The notes: a model not told the origin generated them from the letters alone. A DNA stretch of 64,000 bases from Marine Group II euryarchaeote MED-G38 (GCA_002457145.1 NTJP01000009.1:3216-67215), one strand, 5' to 3'; positions 33,277-42,618 are shown, numbered from the stretch's first letter. Made by a program: numbers and translations.

Positions 33277-34509
33277 TCATTCCTCTTCCTTAGATAATTC
33301 AGCTTGTTCTGCCAATTTCCTCAAACCACTTTTTTCACGCAAATCCTTTTTGTTTTTAGCACCTAGACGACTCAACATTTCTGTTTGCCTAAGTACATTT
33401 CCTTTTCCTTCAACAAGCCTCTTTTCTGCCTCTTCAAATTTTTCCGATGCTTGTTTTATTTCGAATCCAACTGCTGTAAAAGATTCTAAGAAAAGAACTA
33501 CTTGATCATGTAGTGCACCTGCTCTTTCTACTAATTGAATCTGATTCTTACTCTGATTTTCTCTTTTCCATAATTCTTGAATAAGAATCAATGCGAGCAT
33601 TATTGTTGTTCCACTTACAATTTTCACTCTTCTATTGCCTATCATGTCATTATACAAACTGGGATCATGATGTAGTGCGGCAATATATGCACTTTCTAAA
33701 GGAACTACCATGAGTACAAAATCCAGTGTTTGTATGGATTCCATATGCTGATAATTTTTATTAGAGAGTTCAGATGCATGTTTTCTGATTGATAAACATA
33801 ACCTTTCCATTGATGCTTTTGATACCACCTCGTCATCAGTATTTACAAATTCATTATATGCCTTTAAAGATACTTTTGAATCAATAACTACTTGTTTATC
33901 ATCAGGTAAATATATAACAAAATCTGCTCTTTTTCGAGTATTATCTATGGCAGTTTCGCTATATTGTTTCACATAATCTCTTTCAGATACAAATCCCATA
34001 CTTTGTAATAGATTCTCAACTACTACCTCTCCCCATGCACCTTGTGATTTATTATCTCCTTTTAGAGCCCTTGTCAAATCTTGTGTATCATCCGATAATT
34101 TCAATCCTAATTTCGACACATTTTCTACTTTCTCCCTAAGTGCCGACTCTCTATTTATCATAGATAATTCAATCGCATCCATTGATTTCTTGTATTCTTT
34201 TAATACCATTGAAAAATCATCAGTCACTCTTTTAAATTCCTCTTTTTTTTCCTTTTCTGCTTTACTTTTAACATCTTCAAAAGCCTGTTGTGCTATTAAT
34301 TTAAAAGAATTAGACATTGCAATATTTCGTTCATCGAGAATCTTTCTTCTCTCACCTTCCCTAGCATTGTTTTCAATAATTTTTTTTTCATTTTCCAAGC
34401 GAGTTATTTCTAATACCCTAGCCATATGCTGAGACATGAACAACCATACAATTGCTGAAGAAAAAATCACCGATATTATGACTAATAAGAAAGTCAACGT
34501 ATCTACCAT
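33277..34509 (-). CDS. rmuC: DNA recombination protein RmuC
   Basis: 410 aa. N-terminal TM, long coiled coil, and 'QGAWGEVVVENLL...RADFVIYLPDDKQVVIDSKVSLKAY' RmuC nuclease-like core. Confidence 0.85.
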   Translation of the reverse strand: MVDTLTFLLVIISVIFSSAIVWLFMSQHMARVLEITRLENEKKIIENNAREGERRKILDERNIAMSNSFKLIAQQAFEDVKSKAEKEKKEEFKRVTDDFSMVLKEYKKSMDAIELSMINRESALREKVENVSKLGLKLSDDTQDLTRALKGDNKSQGAWGEVVVENLLQSMGFVSERDYVKQYSETAIDNTRKRADFVIYLPDDKQVVIDSKVSLKAYNEFVNTDDEVVSKASMERLCLSIRKHASELSNKNYQHMESIQTLDFVLMVVPLESAYIAALHHDPSLYNDMIGNRRVKIVSGTTIMLALILIQELWKRENQSKNQIQLVERAGALHDQVVLFLESFTAVGFEIKQASEKFEEAEKRLVEGKGNVLRQTEMLSRLGAKNKKDLREKSGLRKLAEQAELSKEEE

Positions 34510-34614
34510 ATTCCTAATTGATAGTTGAGGGTACTTTAAATTTAGTACTACTCATACCATTTTTTTTAATCAATAAACAGTTGCTCTTAGGTACTTTGTG
34601 TCCATGCGAGTGAT

Positions 34615-35736
34615 ATGACAGAATACGGGAAAGTAAATTGTGCAATCCTTGGCTCAAGGGGACTCGTAGCGCAGCGTTACCTTCAAAGATTAATCAATCA
34701 TAATTGGTTAGTACCGGTTTCTGTAATAGGCTCAACTTCTACTGTTGGCCAAAAAATAAGTGATCTACCCTGGTCTTTAGATGAAGAAAGACCCGAATTG
34801 CCCGAAATAATAGTTAAAGGATTGGAAGATATAGATGAATTAATCAATTCATTAAAATCTGAAAAGGTACAGATAATTTTCTCAGCGATCCCAGATTCAG
34901 TAGCAAGTAACGTTGAACCCATTCTTGCTAATTCCGGTTTTAATGTTATTAGTCATGCATCTGTACATAGATTAACTAATAATATTCCTTTAATTATTCC
35001 AGATGTAAACCCAGATGAATTAAAATTAATTCAATCACAGAATTATGATTCTGGTTCACTAATCTCTTGCCCTAATTGTATGGTAATCCCACTTTCATTA
35101 GTATTAAAACCAATACTTTCTGAACTTATTTGTACTTCAATAAAAATTATCACAGAACAATCATTATCTGGTGGAGGTAGGAAATTATTAGATTCAGGGC
35201 GAAAAGGGAAAATCATAGATTCTTCAATACCAGGTGAGAGAGAAAGTATTATTCACGAATTGAATAAGATATTACGCCTAAACGATTATCATGAAGATTT
35301 AAAATTGAATTTTGAAGTTTATTGTTCAAGAGTATCTCGCGATTATGGCCACCTAGCAGAAATAGAAATGTTTTTTGATGAAGATATTAATACACATAAA
35401 ATAACAAATTTATGGTCCAAATATTCTACAGAAATTCAAAAATTAAAACTTCCCTCCATTCCTGCAAATACATTCACATTTATTGATGGTAAAATAAATG
35501 CAAACTCACATAGATGGGTAGGATCAGAAACTAAAAAACCAAGCATAGATCTATGTTCTGCAATGTCAATTGCAATCGGTGAGATCGCTGTATCTAATAA
35601 AAAATTAAGATTCAAGATAGTCTCTGAAAATACTATCAAAGGAGCAGCAGGTTCTGGAGTCCTATTGGCCGAACTTCTTCTTGCTGAGGGAGTAATTCAT
35701 GATAGAAATACATCTTTAAATGAATTAATTTCCTAA
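34615..35736 (+). CDS. asd: Aspartate-semialdehyde dehydrogenase (archaeal type; semialdehyde dehydrogenase family)
   Basis: 373 aa. 'AILGSRGLVAQRYLQRL' NAD(P) fold, active-site 'CPNCMVIPLSLVLKP', later 'GHLAEIE'. Confidence 0.65.
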   Translation: MTEYGKVNCAILGSRGLVAQRYLQRLINHNWLVPVSVIGSTSTVGQKISDLPWSLDEERPELPEIIVKGLEDIDELINSLKSEKVQIIFSAIPDSVASNVEPILANSGFNVISHASVHRLTNNIPLIIPDVNPDELKLIQSQNYDSGSLISCPNCMVIPLSLVLKPILSELICTSIKIITEQSLSGGGRKLLDSGRKGKIIDSSIPGERESIIHELNKILRLNDYHEDLKLNFEVYCSRVSRDYGHLAEIEMFFDEDINTHKITNLWSKYSTEIQKLKLPSIPANTFTFIDGKINANSHRWVGSETKKPSIDLCSAMSIAIGEIAVSNKKLRFKIVSENTIKGAAGSGVLLAELLLAEGVIHDRNTSLNELIS

Positions 35737-35782
35737 TTCTTTTAGATGAGTTTCAAACGATATAGCTCTTCGGAGGTTTCAT

Positions 35783-36397
35783 ATGAGGGTCCGTAAATTA
35801 GCTATTAACCTCTCAAATTTAGAAAATCATTCCTCGAAAAATATTGATTTAGAACAATACAGCATAGAGGGAGATTTAGCTGCAAAATGGTTATCAGATT
35901 TAATTTCATTTGGAGACTTAAAGAAAGGCTTCCATGTGACTGATTTGGGCGCAGGTAATGGTATACTGGGAATAGGCGCACTTCTTCTTGGAGCGGAGGA
36001 AGTAATTTTCATAGAATCCGATCCTGAAGCCTGTAAAATTATAAATAAAAATATTAAATTATTAGAATTCCAAAATCGTTCTAAAGTATACAATATGCAC
36101 ATTGATAATGATAATATACCTATCATCGATACTGATTTAATAATTACAAATCCCCCTTGGGGCAGGCAGAAAGAAAAAGCAGACAAACCTTTTTTACAGT
36201 TAATTTTAGATAATCACAAAACTGCACATATATTACATAATTCTAACGCCACTCATATATCTAATTTTTTTCTAAATGAAGGTTGGGAAGTTGAAAAATA
36301 CGGTGAGGCTGATTTTTTACTTCCAGCAACATATAGTCATCACAAACGCCAAAGAGATAAGACAAAAGCAGGTTTTTGGCGTGTTTCTCCTACTTGA
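35783..36397 (+). CDS. SAM-dependent N6-adenine RNA methyltransferase (COG2263 / METTL5-like)
   Basis: 204 aa. 'DLGAGNGILGIGALLLGA' motif I and 'ITNPPWG' motif IV. Confidence 0.7.
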   Translation: MRVRKLAINLSNLENHSSKNIDLEQYSIEGDLAAKWLSDLISFGDLKKGFHVTDLGAGNGILGIGALLLGAEEVIFIESDPEACKIINKNIKLLEFQNRSKVYNMHIDNDNIPIIDTDLIITNPPWGRQKEKADKPFLQLILDNHKTAHILHNSNATHISNFFLNEGWEVEKYGEADFLLPATYSHHKRQRDKTKAGFWRVSPT

Positions 36398-36452
36398 GAT
36401 TCTTCAAATATCGGACCGTATCGTTCATAGATGATTATATCTGCCCATCAGT

Positions 36453-37706
36453 ATGATTGCCAGCACTGGAGACTCCGTTTCTCCTGGGATTCCTGTTGTG
36501 CTACCAGAAGGTGTTGAGATTGGTACTGGCCTATATAATGGAAAGAATGGAGTAATTGCTTCCTTTACAGGTAAATTAGAAATTAATGATGGTATATTAA
36601 ATTTAATACCAGACAGACCTCAAGTAAATATTCCAAAAATTGGAGATATATTTATTGGTCAAGTAAATCGTTTAAATGCCAAAACTGCAGAAATCAAAAT
36701 TCTACATGTAGAAGATACAGATTCAGGACACAGAGATGTACCAGCCTTGTATCAATTTGCAGATATTTATATAACAGAATTTGTCGATCGTTTTGTTCCT
36801 TCTGCAGGAGATACTATGAGGGTGAGAGATATTATTCGTGCTAAGATAATTAGCTCAGATCCAATAATTAAAGCCTCAACAAAGGGCGATAAAAGATTAG
36901 GAGTATTGCATTCACTTTGTCCCGCTTGTGGTTTGGATCTCATGATTAGTGATAAAAAACCTGATTTTAATGTAACATGTAGTAGATGTGACTATACTGG
37001 TTACAGGATACTATCTTCAGATTATGGGAAAGGTTTTACTTCAGAATCCGATAACCAAATATCCAAATTAAATAGACAAGGAGAAAGATGGTCAGCTGCT
37101 GCCGATTCAATGCTTGGCCATGATGGAGCACGCCCATATCTTTCGCCTATGGCTGATTTTCGTAGAGGAGGAACTCATAAGAAACCGGAAACAACTAAGG
37201 CGAGAAGAGACGGTTCTTCTAACAACCGCCAACAAAGAAAAATGCATTCTACGAATTGTACTTTATGTGGAGTAAAGGCTGAAGTGCCATTTGTACCTAC
37301 TCCCGGAAAACCAATACGTTGTAGAGATTGTATGTCCAAGGTAAAGGAAGGAAAAGCATCAAAAGATGAATTATCCAAAGAACGCGAAATTCTTATGGAT
37401 GCTAGAACAAAAGCTTCTGAAGCAGCAGGAATCAAACTATTTGTTGCTAGTTTAGATTATGAAGTTGCTGAAGATGAACTTAATACATTATTCTCACAAT
37501 TTGGAAAGATAAAAGATTTACATTTAGCATTAGATAGAGAAACAGGTAAGTCCAAAGGATTCGCATTTGTTACGTTTGAAAATATTAAAGATGGTAAAAA
37601 AGCCATTTCCAAACTAAAGAATAAGGAATTAAATGGTAGAAAAATATCTGTCCAAGAATCTAGACAAGACTCATCTAGAAATCGAAAAAATCGTACCAGG
37701 AAGTAA
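36453..37706 (+). CDS. csl4: Exosome cap subunit Csl4 fused to an extra CxxC..CxxC zinc ribbon and a C-terminal RRM domain
   Basis: 417 aa. S1-like 'IGDIFIGQVNRLNAKTAEIKI', Csl4 ribbon 'CPACG...CSRCDY', second ribbon 'CTLCGVKAEVPFVPTPGKPIRCRDC', RRM with RNP-2 'LFVASL' and RNP-1 'KGFAFVTF', basic tail. Confidence 0.8.
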   Translation: MIASTGDSVSPGIPVVLPEGVEIGTGLYNGKNGVIASFTGKLEINDGILNLIPDRPQVNIPKIGDIFIGQVNRLNAKTAEIKILHVEDTDSGHRDVPALYQFADIYITEFVDRFVPSAGDTMRVRDIIRAKIISSDPIIKASTKGDKRLGVLHSLCPACGLDLMISDKKPDFNVTCSRCDYTGYRILSSDYGKGFTSESDNQISKLNRQGERWSAAADSMLGHDGARPYLSPMADFRRGGTHKKPETTKARRDGSSNNRQQRKMHSTNCTLCGVKAEVPFVPTPGKPIRCRDCMSKVKEGKASKDELSKEREILMDARTKASEAAGIKLFVASLDYEVAEDELNTLFSQFGKIKDLHLALDRETGKSKGFAFVTFENIKDGKKAISKLKNKELNGRKISVQESRQDSSRNRKNRTRK

Positions 37707-37757
37707 TTATTCCGAAGACGTGAAGTCCTTGACATGATTCGAGAGTTCTGAATACTT

Positions 37758-39539
37758 ATGGAGGGATGGTTGGTAATAGATGGTTATGAAGACGAGCCCG
37801 CCGCCTTTGGTGTTCCTAATTATTTGGGATTTCATATAAGATATATTTGTGGTGTTTTAGAATCTAGAGGAATTCCATATACATACATGACAATAGATCA
37901 ATGGAGAATAAATCATAAACATAAATTATCCGATTCTAATGCCCGTTTAAAATTGAAAAAAGAATTATCCGAATTAGATGGCGCTGTTATTCTCGCTGGC
38001 GCTATTGTTCCTGGAAAATATATAAGAGGCACGCCGATAAGTAGGAGAGAGTTAGATCAATTTCTTTCTATTTTTCCTAGCGGACAACCAATACTATGTG
38101 GAGGATGGGCTATACGTCACTGGAGATATGATGGCTGGACTCCTCTTCGTAGTAATTTATTCTGTACTGTACAGGATACGGATGCATCATTAGATAATTT
38201 TCTTTCAACAAATATTTGGAAAAATAAGAAACGTACGCCTGAACAATGGTCCAATTGGGCCTATCACGGGTCTTCTTCAAAATCTGTAATACATCATCCT
38301 GATTTATTTACAGAAGATGGTAGAAATGGTCCTTTAACATATGAAGTAGAGTTATATCAAGGTTGTGTACGCTTCAAAAGGGGGTGTAAATTTTGTATCG
38401 AACCAAAGAAGGGCATACCAATTTGGAGAGATGAAAATGATATTCTAGATGAGTTAAATTCTGCAATAGACGCTGGAGTTAGAAATGTAAGATTAGGAGG
38501 TGCTACAGATATTTACACATATCAAGCAGAAGGAGTTGAAGATATGGAATATCCAATACCCAATCCAGATCCAATCCTAAATATTTTATCTGAATTAAGA
38601 AATAATGAAAATCTTGAGATTCTGCATGTTGATAATGCTAACCCCTCCATCATTGCTGAAAATTTAGAAATCTCTTCTGAAATAACCAAAGGAATGGTAA
38701 ATCATCTTTCAGATGGAGCCGTCTTATCTTTTGGTTTGGAATCTGCCGATCCAAATGTACATAATGAAAACTGGCTTAATTGTAATCCAGAACAATTAAT
38801 CACAGCAATCAGGCATGTCAACGAATTTGGAAGAGAAAAGGGGGCACGAGGTCTCCCAAAATTGTTGCCAGGGTTGAATTTTATAGCCGGCCTCAATGGT
38901 GAAACTAAATCTACCTATCAAATGAATCTTAATCTTCTAGACAATTTACGTTCTGAAAAATTATGGGTTCGTAGAATAAATATTAGACAAGTAGAGGGGC
39001 CTGGATTCCAAGAAATTCCTAGTAAATTATTTAATAATTTCAAGGAAAAAGTACGTAATGATATAGACAAGCCTCTCTTAGAAGAAATGTTTCCATTAGG
39101 CTCAATATTGAGAAAGGTATGGTGGGAATCTCACGGTAGTAGAATCCGAGATCCAAAACAGGTAATAGATAGAAAGCATCATGATTCTTCAATATATGGC
39201 AAATCCGGGCTTACATTTGGTCGTCAAATAGGTGCTTATCCAATACTCATTGGAGTTCCTTATCAAATACCACTTGAAACACAATCTGATATTCTGGTCA
39301 CTGGGCACGGGATGCGTAGCATCTCAGGTGTTGAAATAAATCTAAACCTAAATAAAGTTACTGAAAATCAAATTTCTGCAGTTCCAGGCATAGGAAATAA
39401 AGGAGCATGGAAGATGGTCAGTAATAGGGCTAAGAAATTTAGGAATAAGAATTTTAAATTCGATTCTATCGATGAATTATTCTCTTTGTCAGATGTCAAA
39501 ATTCCACCAAATGCAGATAAAATTTTTAACATTAAATAA
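37758..39539 (+). CDS. Radical SAM-like protein with atypical Cx6Cx2C cluster motif and C-terminal helix-hairpin-helix
   Basis: 593 aa. 'YQGCVRFKRGCKFCIEP' (38364-38396), TIM-barrel-like middle region, C-terminal 'ISAVPGIGNKGAWKMV' HhH. Confidence 0.6.
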   Translation: MEGWLVIDGYEDEPAAFGVPNYLGFHIRYICGVLESRGIPYTYMTIDQWRINHKHKLSDSNARLKLKKELSELDGAVILAGAIVPGKYIRGTPISRRELDQFLSIFPSGQPILCGGWAIRHWRYDGWTPLRSNLFCTVQDTDASLDNFLSTNIWKNKKRTPEQWSNWAYHGSSSKSVIHHPDLFTEDGRNGPLTYEVELYQGCVRFKRGCKFCIEPKKGIPIWRDENDILDELNSAIDAGVRNVRLGGATDIYTYQAEGVEDMEYPIPNPDPILNILSELRNNENLEILHVDNANPSIIAENLEISSEITKGMVNHLSDGAVLSFGLESADPNVHNENWLNCNPEQLITAIRHVNEFGREKGARGLPKLLPGLNFIAGLNGETKSTYQMNLNLLDNLRSEKLWVRRINIRQVEGPGFQEIPSKLFNNFKEKVRNDIDKPLLEEMFPLGSILRKVWWESHGSRIRDPKQVIDRKHHDSSIYGKSGLTFGRQIGAYPILIGVPYQIPLETQSDILVTGHGMRSISGVEINLNLNKVTENQISAVPGIGNKGAWKMVSNRAKKFRNKNFKFDSIDELFSLSDVKIPPNADKIFNIK

Positions 39540-40283
39540 TCATGAAATTATATTTAGACATTCATCTATATTAACGCCTGGACTAATCTTTTCTGGTTTT
39601 TTATTAGGCATAAATATACTAGCATCACCTATCAATATTCGGCCTAATCCCTCTTTCCATCTAATTGCTGTACCTTCACACAGTCCTATTACTGGCGTTT
39701 CATTAAATTGATGAAATTCAGAAATTCTACGGGCACGTGTCTCTCCCCTATGCATCTTAAATGACTCATCATCCTTATACCAAATATTTCCTTTATGATA
39801 ATGTGCATTAATTTGAAACTTTACTAACCCCAATGTTTCAAAAGTCTTAGGCATTACAACTGGCATATCATTAGTAGTCATCATAGTTGGACAAGCGATA
39901 TTAGATCCCGCACTAACTCCCATGAAGGGAATTCCATTCTTTACTACATTTCTCAAAGAATTAATTAAATTATTTTCTTGTAGTTTTTTGGTCAAAAGAA
40001 ATGTATTACCTCCTCCGACATAGATTCCTTCAGAATTCATTATTGCTTCCCTGGGGCTCTCAAATTCTTCGATACCAACTAATTTCACATCATTTAGGGG
40101 CCACCATTTCTCTCTAATTTTTTTTGTATATTGATGTTGTTGTTCTTGTGCATAAGAAATAAAAAGGACATTTTTAATCCCATTAAACAAATCTTTCATA
40201 TGATGATGTAGAATTGTAATTTGTTCTTCTTTTAAACAACTATTCCCACCACTTGAAAGTAATAGATCCATATTATCACTCAA
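39540..40283 (-). CDS. pepE: Peptidase E (S51 alpha-aspartyl dipeptidase)
   Basis: 247 aa. 'GGGNTFLLTKKL', 'GVSAGSNIACPTMMTTNDMPVV', 'QINAHY', 'GETRARRI' closely follow the E. coli PepE pattern. Confidence 0.85.
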   Translation of the reverse strand: MSDNMDLLLSSGGNSCLKEEQITILHHHMKDLFNGIKNVLFISYAQEQQHQYTKKIREKWWPLNDVKLVGIEEFESPREAIMNSEGIYVGGGNTFLLTKKLQENNLINSLRNVVKNGIPFMGVSAGSNIACPTMMTTNDMPVVMPKTFETLGLVKFQINAHYHKGNIWYKDDESFKMHRGETRARRISEFHQFNETPVIGLCEGTAIRWKEGLGRILIGDASIFMPNKKPEKISPGVNIDECLNIIS

Positions 40284-41044
40284 ACATAGAAGTCACTCGA
40301 TACTTCATTTTCTTCAGAATTCAATAAATCTTCAATTGACTTTGATGAATTTACTTTCTCCATAATTTTTTTTGCGGTTTCTTCAGTCATATCCAAGTCT
40401 AAATCAAGTGGGATATTTAGGGCAGCATCTATCCATGATGCCATTCTATCTGCTGCTAAAGCATCGGCACTAGCTCCAACCGTGTCAGCAATAAGGCCAA
40501 CTGTAGGAACTTTATGCATGGGTGATAATGAGACAATAAGTCCTGCAATTCCTATTATACCTTCTTTAGGCTGTTCCTTACTTACTTGAATATCATTATT
40601 TTCTAAATTTCTTCTGACATTTTCATCGGAGCATATTACATGTATTTGCTTGTCCTCCAGTCCTGCTGTCAATCCAGCAAGGACTAATAGTTGTGGGGTA
40701 TTATTTTCACTTGCCAGCTTCAATATTTCTTCTGAGACTTCGAATTGTCCTGCTGCAGTCATTGGTTGTAAATCACCTCCTATAGTAATTATATTAGTAT
40801 CATCAGGTAAGATAACAGAATTTATTTCAATTCTTGGGGGTAGAATTAATCCTTTATCTCCAAGTACTGCATGAGGCGGCAAATCAGGATGTAAAATCCA
40901 TGCCAAAGTCCTAGATGGATGTTTCTTAATAAGTCCATCAACAACCAATTTACCTACATTACCTACGCCTGGAACTGCCTCAATAATTGCAACATGTTCT
41001 GGTAAATTATCCCCCACAAGCCAGTGAATTTTTGTCCTATTCAT
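40280..41044 (-). CDS. PAC2-family proteasome assembly chaperone
   Basis: 254 aa. 'AVPGVGNVGKLVVDGLI', acidic C-terminal tail. Conserved archaeal position next to nop10/aIF2-alpha. Confidence 0.65.
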   Translation of the reverse strand: MNRTKIHWLVGDNLPEHVAIIEAVPGVGNVGKLVVDGLIKKHPSRTLAWILHPDLPPHAVLGDKGLILPPRIEINSVILPDDTNIITIGGDLQPMTAAGQFEVSEEILKLASENNTPQLLVLAGLTAGLEDKQIHVICSDENVRRNLENNDIQVSKEQPKEGIIGIAGLIVSLSPMHKVPTVGLIADTVGASADALAADRMASWIDAALNIPLDLDLDMTEETAKKIMEKVNSSKSIEDLLNSEENEVSSDFYV

Positions 41045-41045
41045 C

Positions 41046-41255
41046 TTATTTACCTTCTTTCTTGGTCGTTGGTAGGGAATCTAACCATTCCTTACTCCCG
41101 GCATCAAGTCTTTTCCTTCTACGATTACCTTGAGGGTCTTCGGGAGAGTATTTCAGTGGAGCAACAACCTCCATTAATTTCCCACAAACACTACAATTCG
41201 GTTCAAGTCCATATTTGTTACATGACACACATCGTTTCAATTTACTTCTCGCCAT
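41046..41255 (-). CDS. nop10: H/ACA RNP protein Nop10
   Basis: 'MARSKLKRCVSCNKYGLEPNCSVCG...PLKYSPEDP' zinc-ribbon Nop10 pattern. Start taken at the MARSK Met; the track ORF starts 5 codons earlier. Confidence 0.8.
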   Translation of the reverse strand: MARSKLKRCVSCNKYGLEPNCSVCGKLMEVVAPLKYSPEDPQGNRRRKRLDAGSKEWLDSLPTTKKEGK

Positions 41256-41315
41256 GGCAATACAAAGCAATCCCTTGTAATGAAGTAAATGAATTATCTC
41301 ATGTTTTAGAATCTC

Positions 41316-42101
41316 TTAGAGCCTTTCAATACTGATAGAACCATCGACCGAATTCATATATTTCTTCGTTACTTCTTGCGCAGCTTCCCAAACAGACTCT
41401 GCAGTTGGATAATCTGGAGCACGAATATCAACTCTATAATGAGGCGCTCCATTATAGTGGCATGTGAGAGTAACTTCTTCTAGATTTTCAGCACAAGATT
41501 CTGCTGCCATCAATACTTCTCTTATTGCATTAACACCTTCTGAACTCCATACTTCAATATCAAAATTCCCTCTAATTTCTACAAATGGTGGAATGATATT
41601 ATCTATTGCTATTTCTGTGACAAGTCCTATCCATTTCCCGGAAAAACCTGCATCTGTTAGCGCTGTGTTTGAAATCGCACATTCTTCTAATGCACCATAC
41701 AAAGTCCCAAATATTTCGGTCATTTCTGAAGATATTTTGCTGGTTTCTTCATCTTCCCAATTCATTTTTTCTGAAACCAATCGCATCATTTGTTCAGCTC
41801 TCTGTTGATTTTTCCTTGCCTGCAAAGTATCTCTTCTTCTCTCGTCAGAAACTGCTTTAATAGACAGGTTTATACTTTCTTTATCTTTTTTTACTTCTAT
41901 CACTTTAGCTACTACTCTCTGTCCTTCACGAACATGTGATCTGATATTTTTTACCCATCCCGCAGAAACTTCGCCAATGAACACAAAACCTTCTTTACCT
42001 TCATAAGAATCTAAATTGAGGTATGCTCCATTTTCTCGAACATTTTTAACAGTACAAACTAGCAATTCACCTTCTTCAGGCCAATCATTATTTTTTGCCA
42101 T
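41316..42101 (-). CDS. eif2a: Translation initiation factor aIF2 alpha subunit
   Basis: 'WPEEGELLVCTVKNVRENGAYLNLDSYEGKEGFVFIGEVS..WVKNIRSHVREGQ' S1 domain. Start trimmed to 42101 because the track extension overlaps the S27e gene. Confidence 0.9.
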   Translation of the reverse strand: MAKNNDWPEEGELLVCTVKNVRENGAYLNLDSYEGKEGFVFIGEVSAGWVKNIRSHVREGQRVVAKVIEVKKDKESINLSIKAVSDERRRDTLQARKNQQRAEQMMRLVSEKMNWEDEETSKISSEMTEIFGTLYGALEECAISNTALTDAGFSGKWIGLVTEIAIDNIIPPFVEIRGNFDIEVWSSEGVNAIREVLMAAESCAENLEEVTLTCHYNGAPHYRVDIRAPDYPTAESVWEAAQEVTKKYMNSVDGSISIERL

Positions 42102-42115
42102 TATCATATCCTCTT

Positions 42116-42286
42116 TTATTCGAGGGTTTCTACTATTGTGCAACCACTTAAGTCAGCCTTTCCACCTGCAGGACTAGCCAAAGTAGATCCGCATACAGAA
42201 CAAGATACAAGGGTAGCCGCCCTATCAAATAATATTGCTTCATTACCACAATCAAGGCAATTTACTCTTAGAAATCTTCCACTCAT
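42116..42286 (-). CDS. rps27e: 30S ribosomal protein S27e (not in ORF track)
   Basis: Manual translation: [56 protein letters not shown]. CxxC..CxxC zinc ribbon typical of S27e, 56 aa. Confidence 0.85.
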   Translation of the reverse strand: MSGRFLRVNCLDCGNEAILFDRAATLVSCSVCGSTLASPAGGKADLSGCTIVETLE

Positions 42287-42296
42287 TTAGTTTTCC

Positions 42297-42578
42297 TCAT
42301 TTATCTACAAGTTCAAATTTTCTAGCACGCTTTCCAGCTGGGGAGTGAGCTTTACCAGTTTCTGTACATCTAAATATCAAATTTACTCTTTTTGTTGGTT
42401 TTTCACCAGAAGGCTTTGGACGTGGGAAACCACGATATCCTGAAGTGACCTTTCTAAATCTTCTTTGACCCCATTTCAATTCGCTCGCTCTTCGCTTTTT
42501 GACACGTTCAACAGTATGTTCGGTATGCTTTCCAGCAGATGGACTATATCGCATAATCTTACGGGGCATTTTTACCAT
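42297..42578 (-). CDS. rpl44e: 50S ribosomal protein L44e (eL42), zinc-ligand-depleted form
   Basis: 'MVKMPRKIMRYSPSAGKHTEHTV...GEKPTKRVNLIFRCTETGKAH'. Start at an internal Met (42578 or 42569); the track ORF extends upstream into the leader. Confidence 0.85.
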   Translation of the reverse strand: MVKMPRKIMRYSPSAGKHTEHTVERVKKRRASELKWGQRRFRKVTSGYRGFPRPKPSGEKPTKRVNLIFRCTETGKAHSPAGKRARKFELVDK

Positions 42579-42600
42579 CTTAGTCACCAAACTGTCTCTC

Positions 42601-42618
42601 GACGAAGCGGGCCACCGA
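42601..42618 (-). promoter_or_regulatory. GC-rich leader motif TCGGTGGCCCGCTTCGTC upstream of rpl44e
   Basis: Read on the minus strand about 40 nt upstream of the L44e ATG. Shares TCGGTGGCC..GC..TT..GTC with the L37e leader. Confidence 0.3.

Noticed and set aside
34523-34597. Direct repeat AGTTG(N3-7)GGTACTTT at 34523-34537 and 34579-34597 in the rmuC/asd divergent region
   Set aside because: The matches are short (5 + 8 nt), with variable spacing, in AT-rich DNA. This is too weak to distinguish from chance without comparative data.
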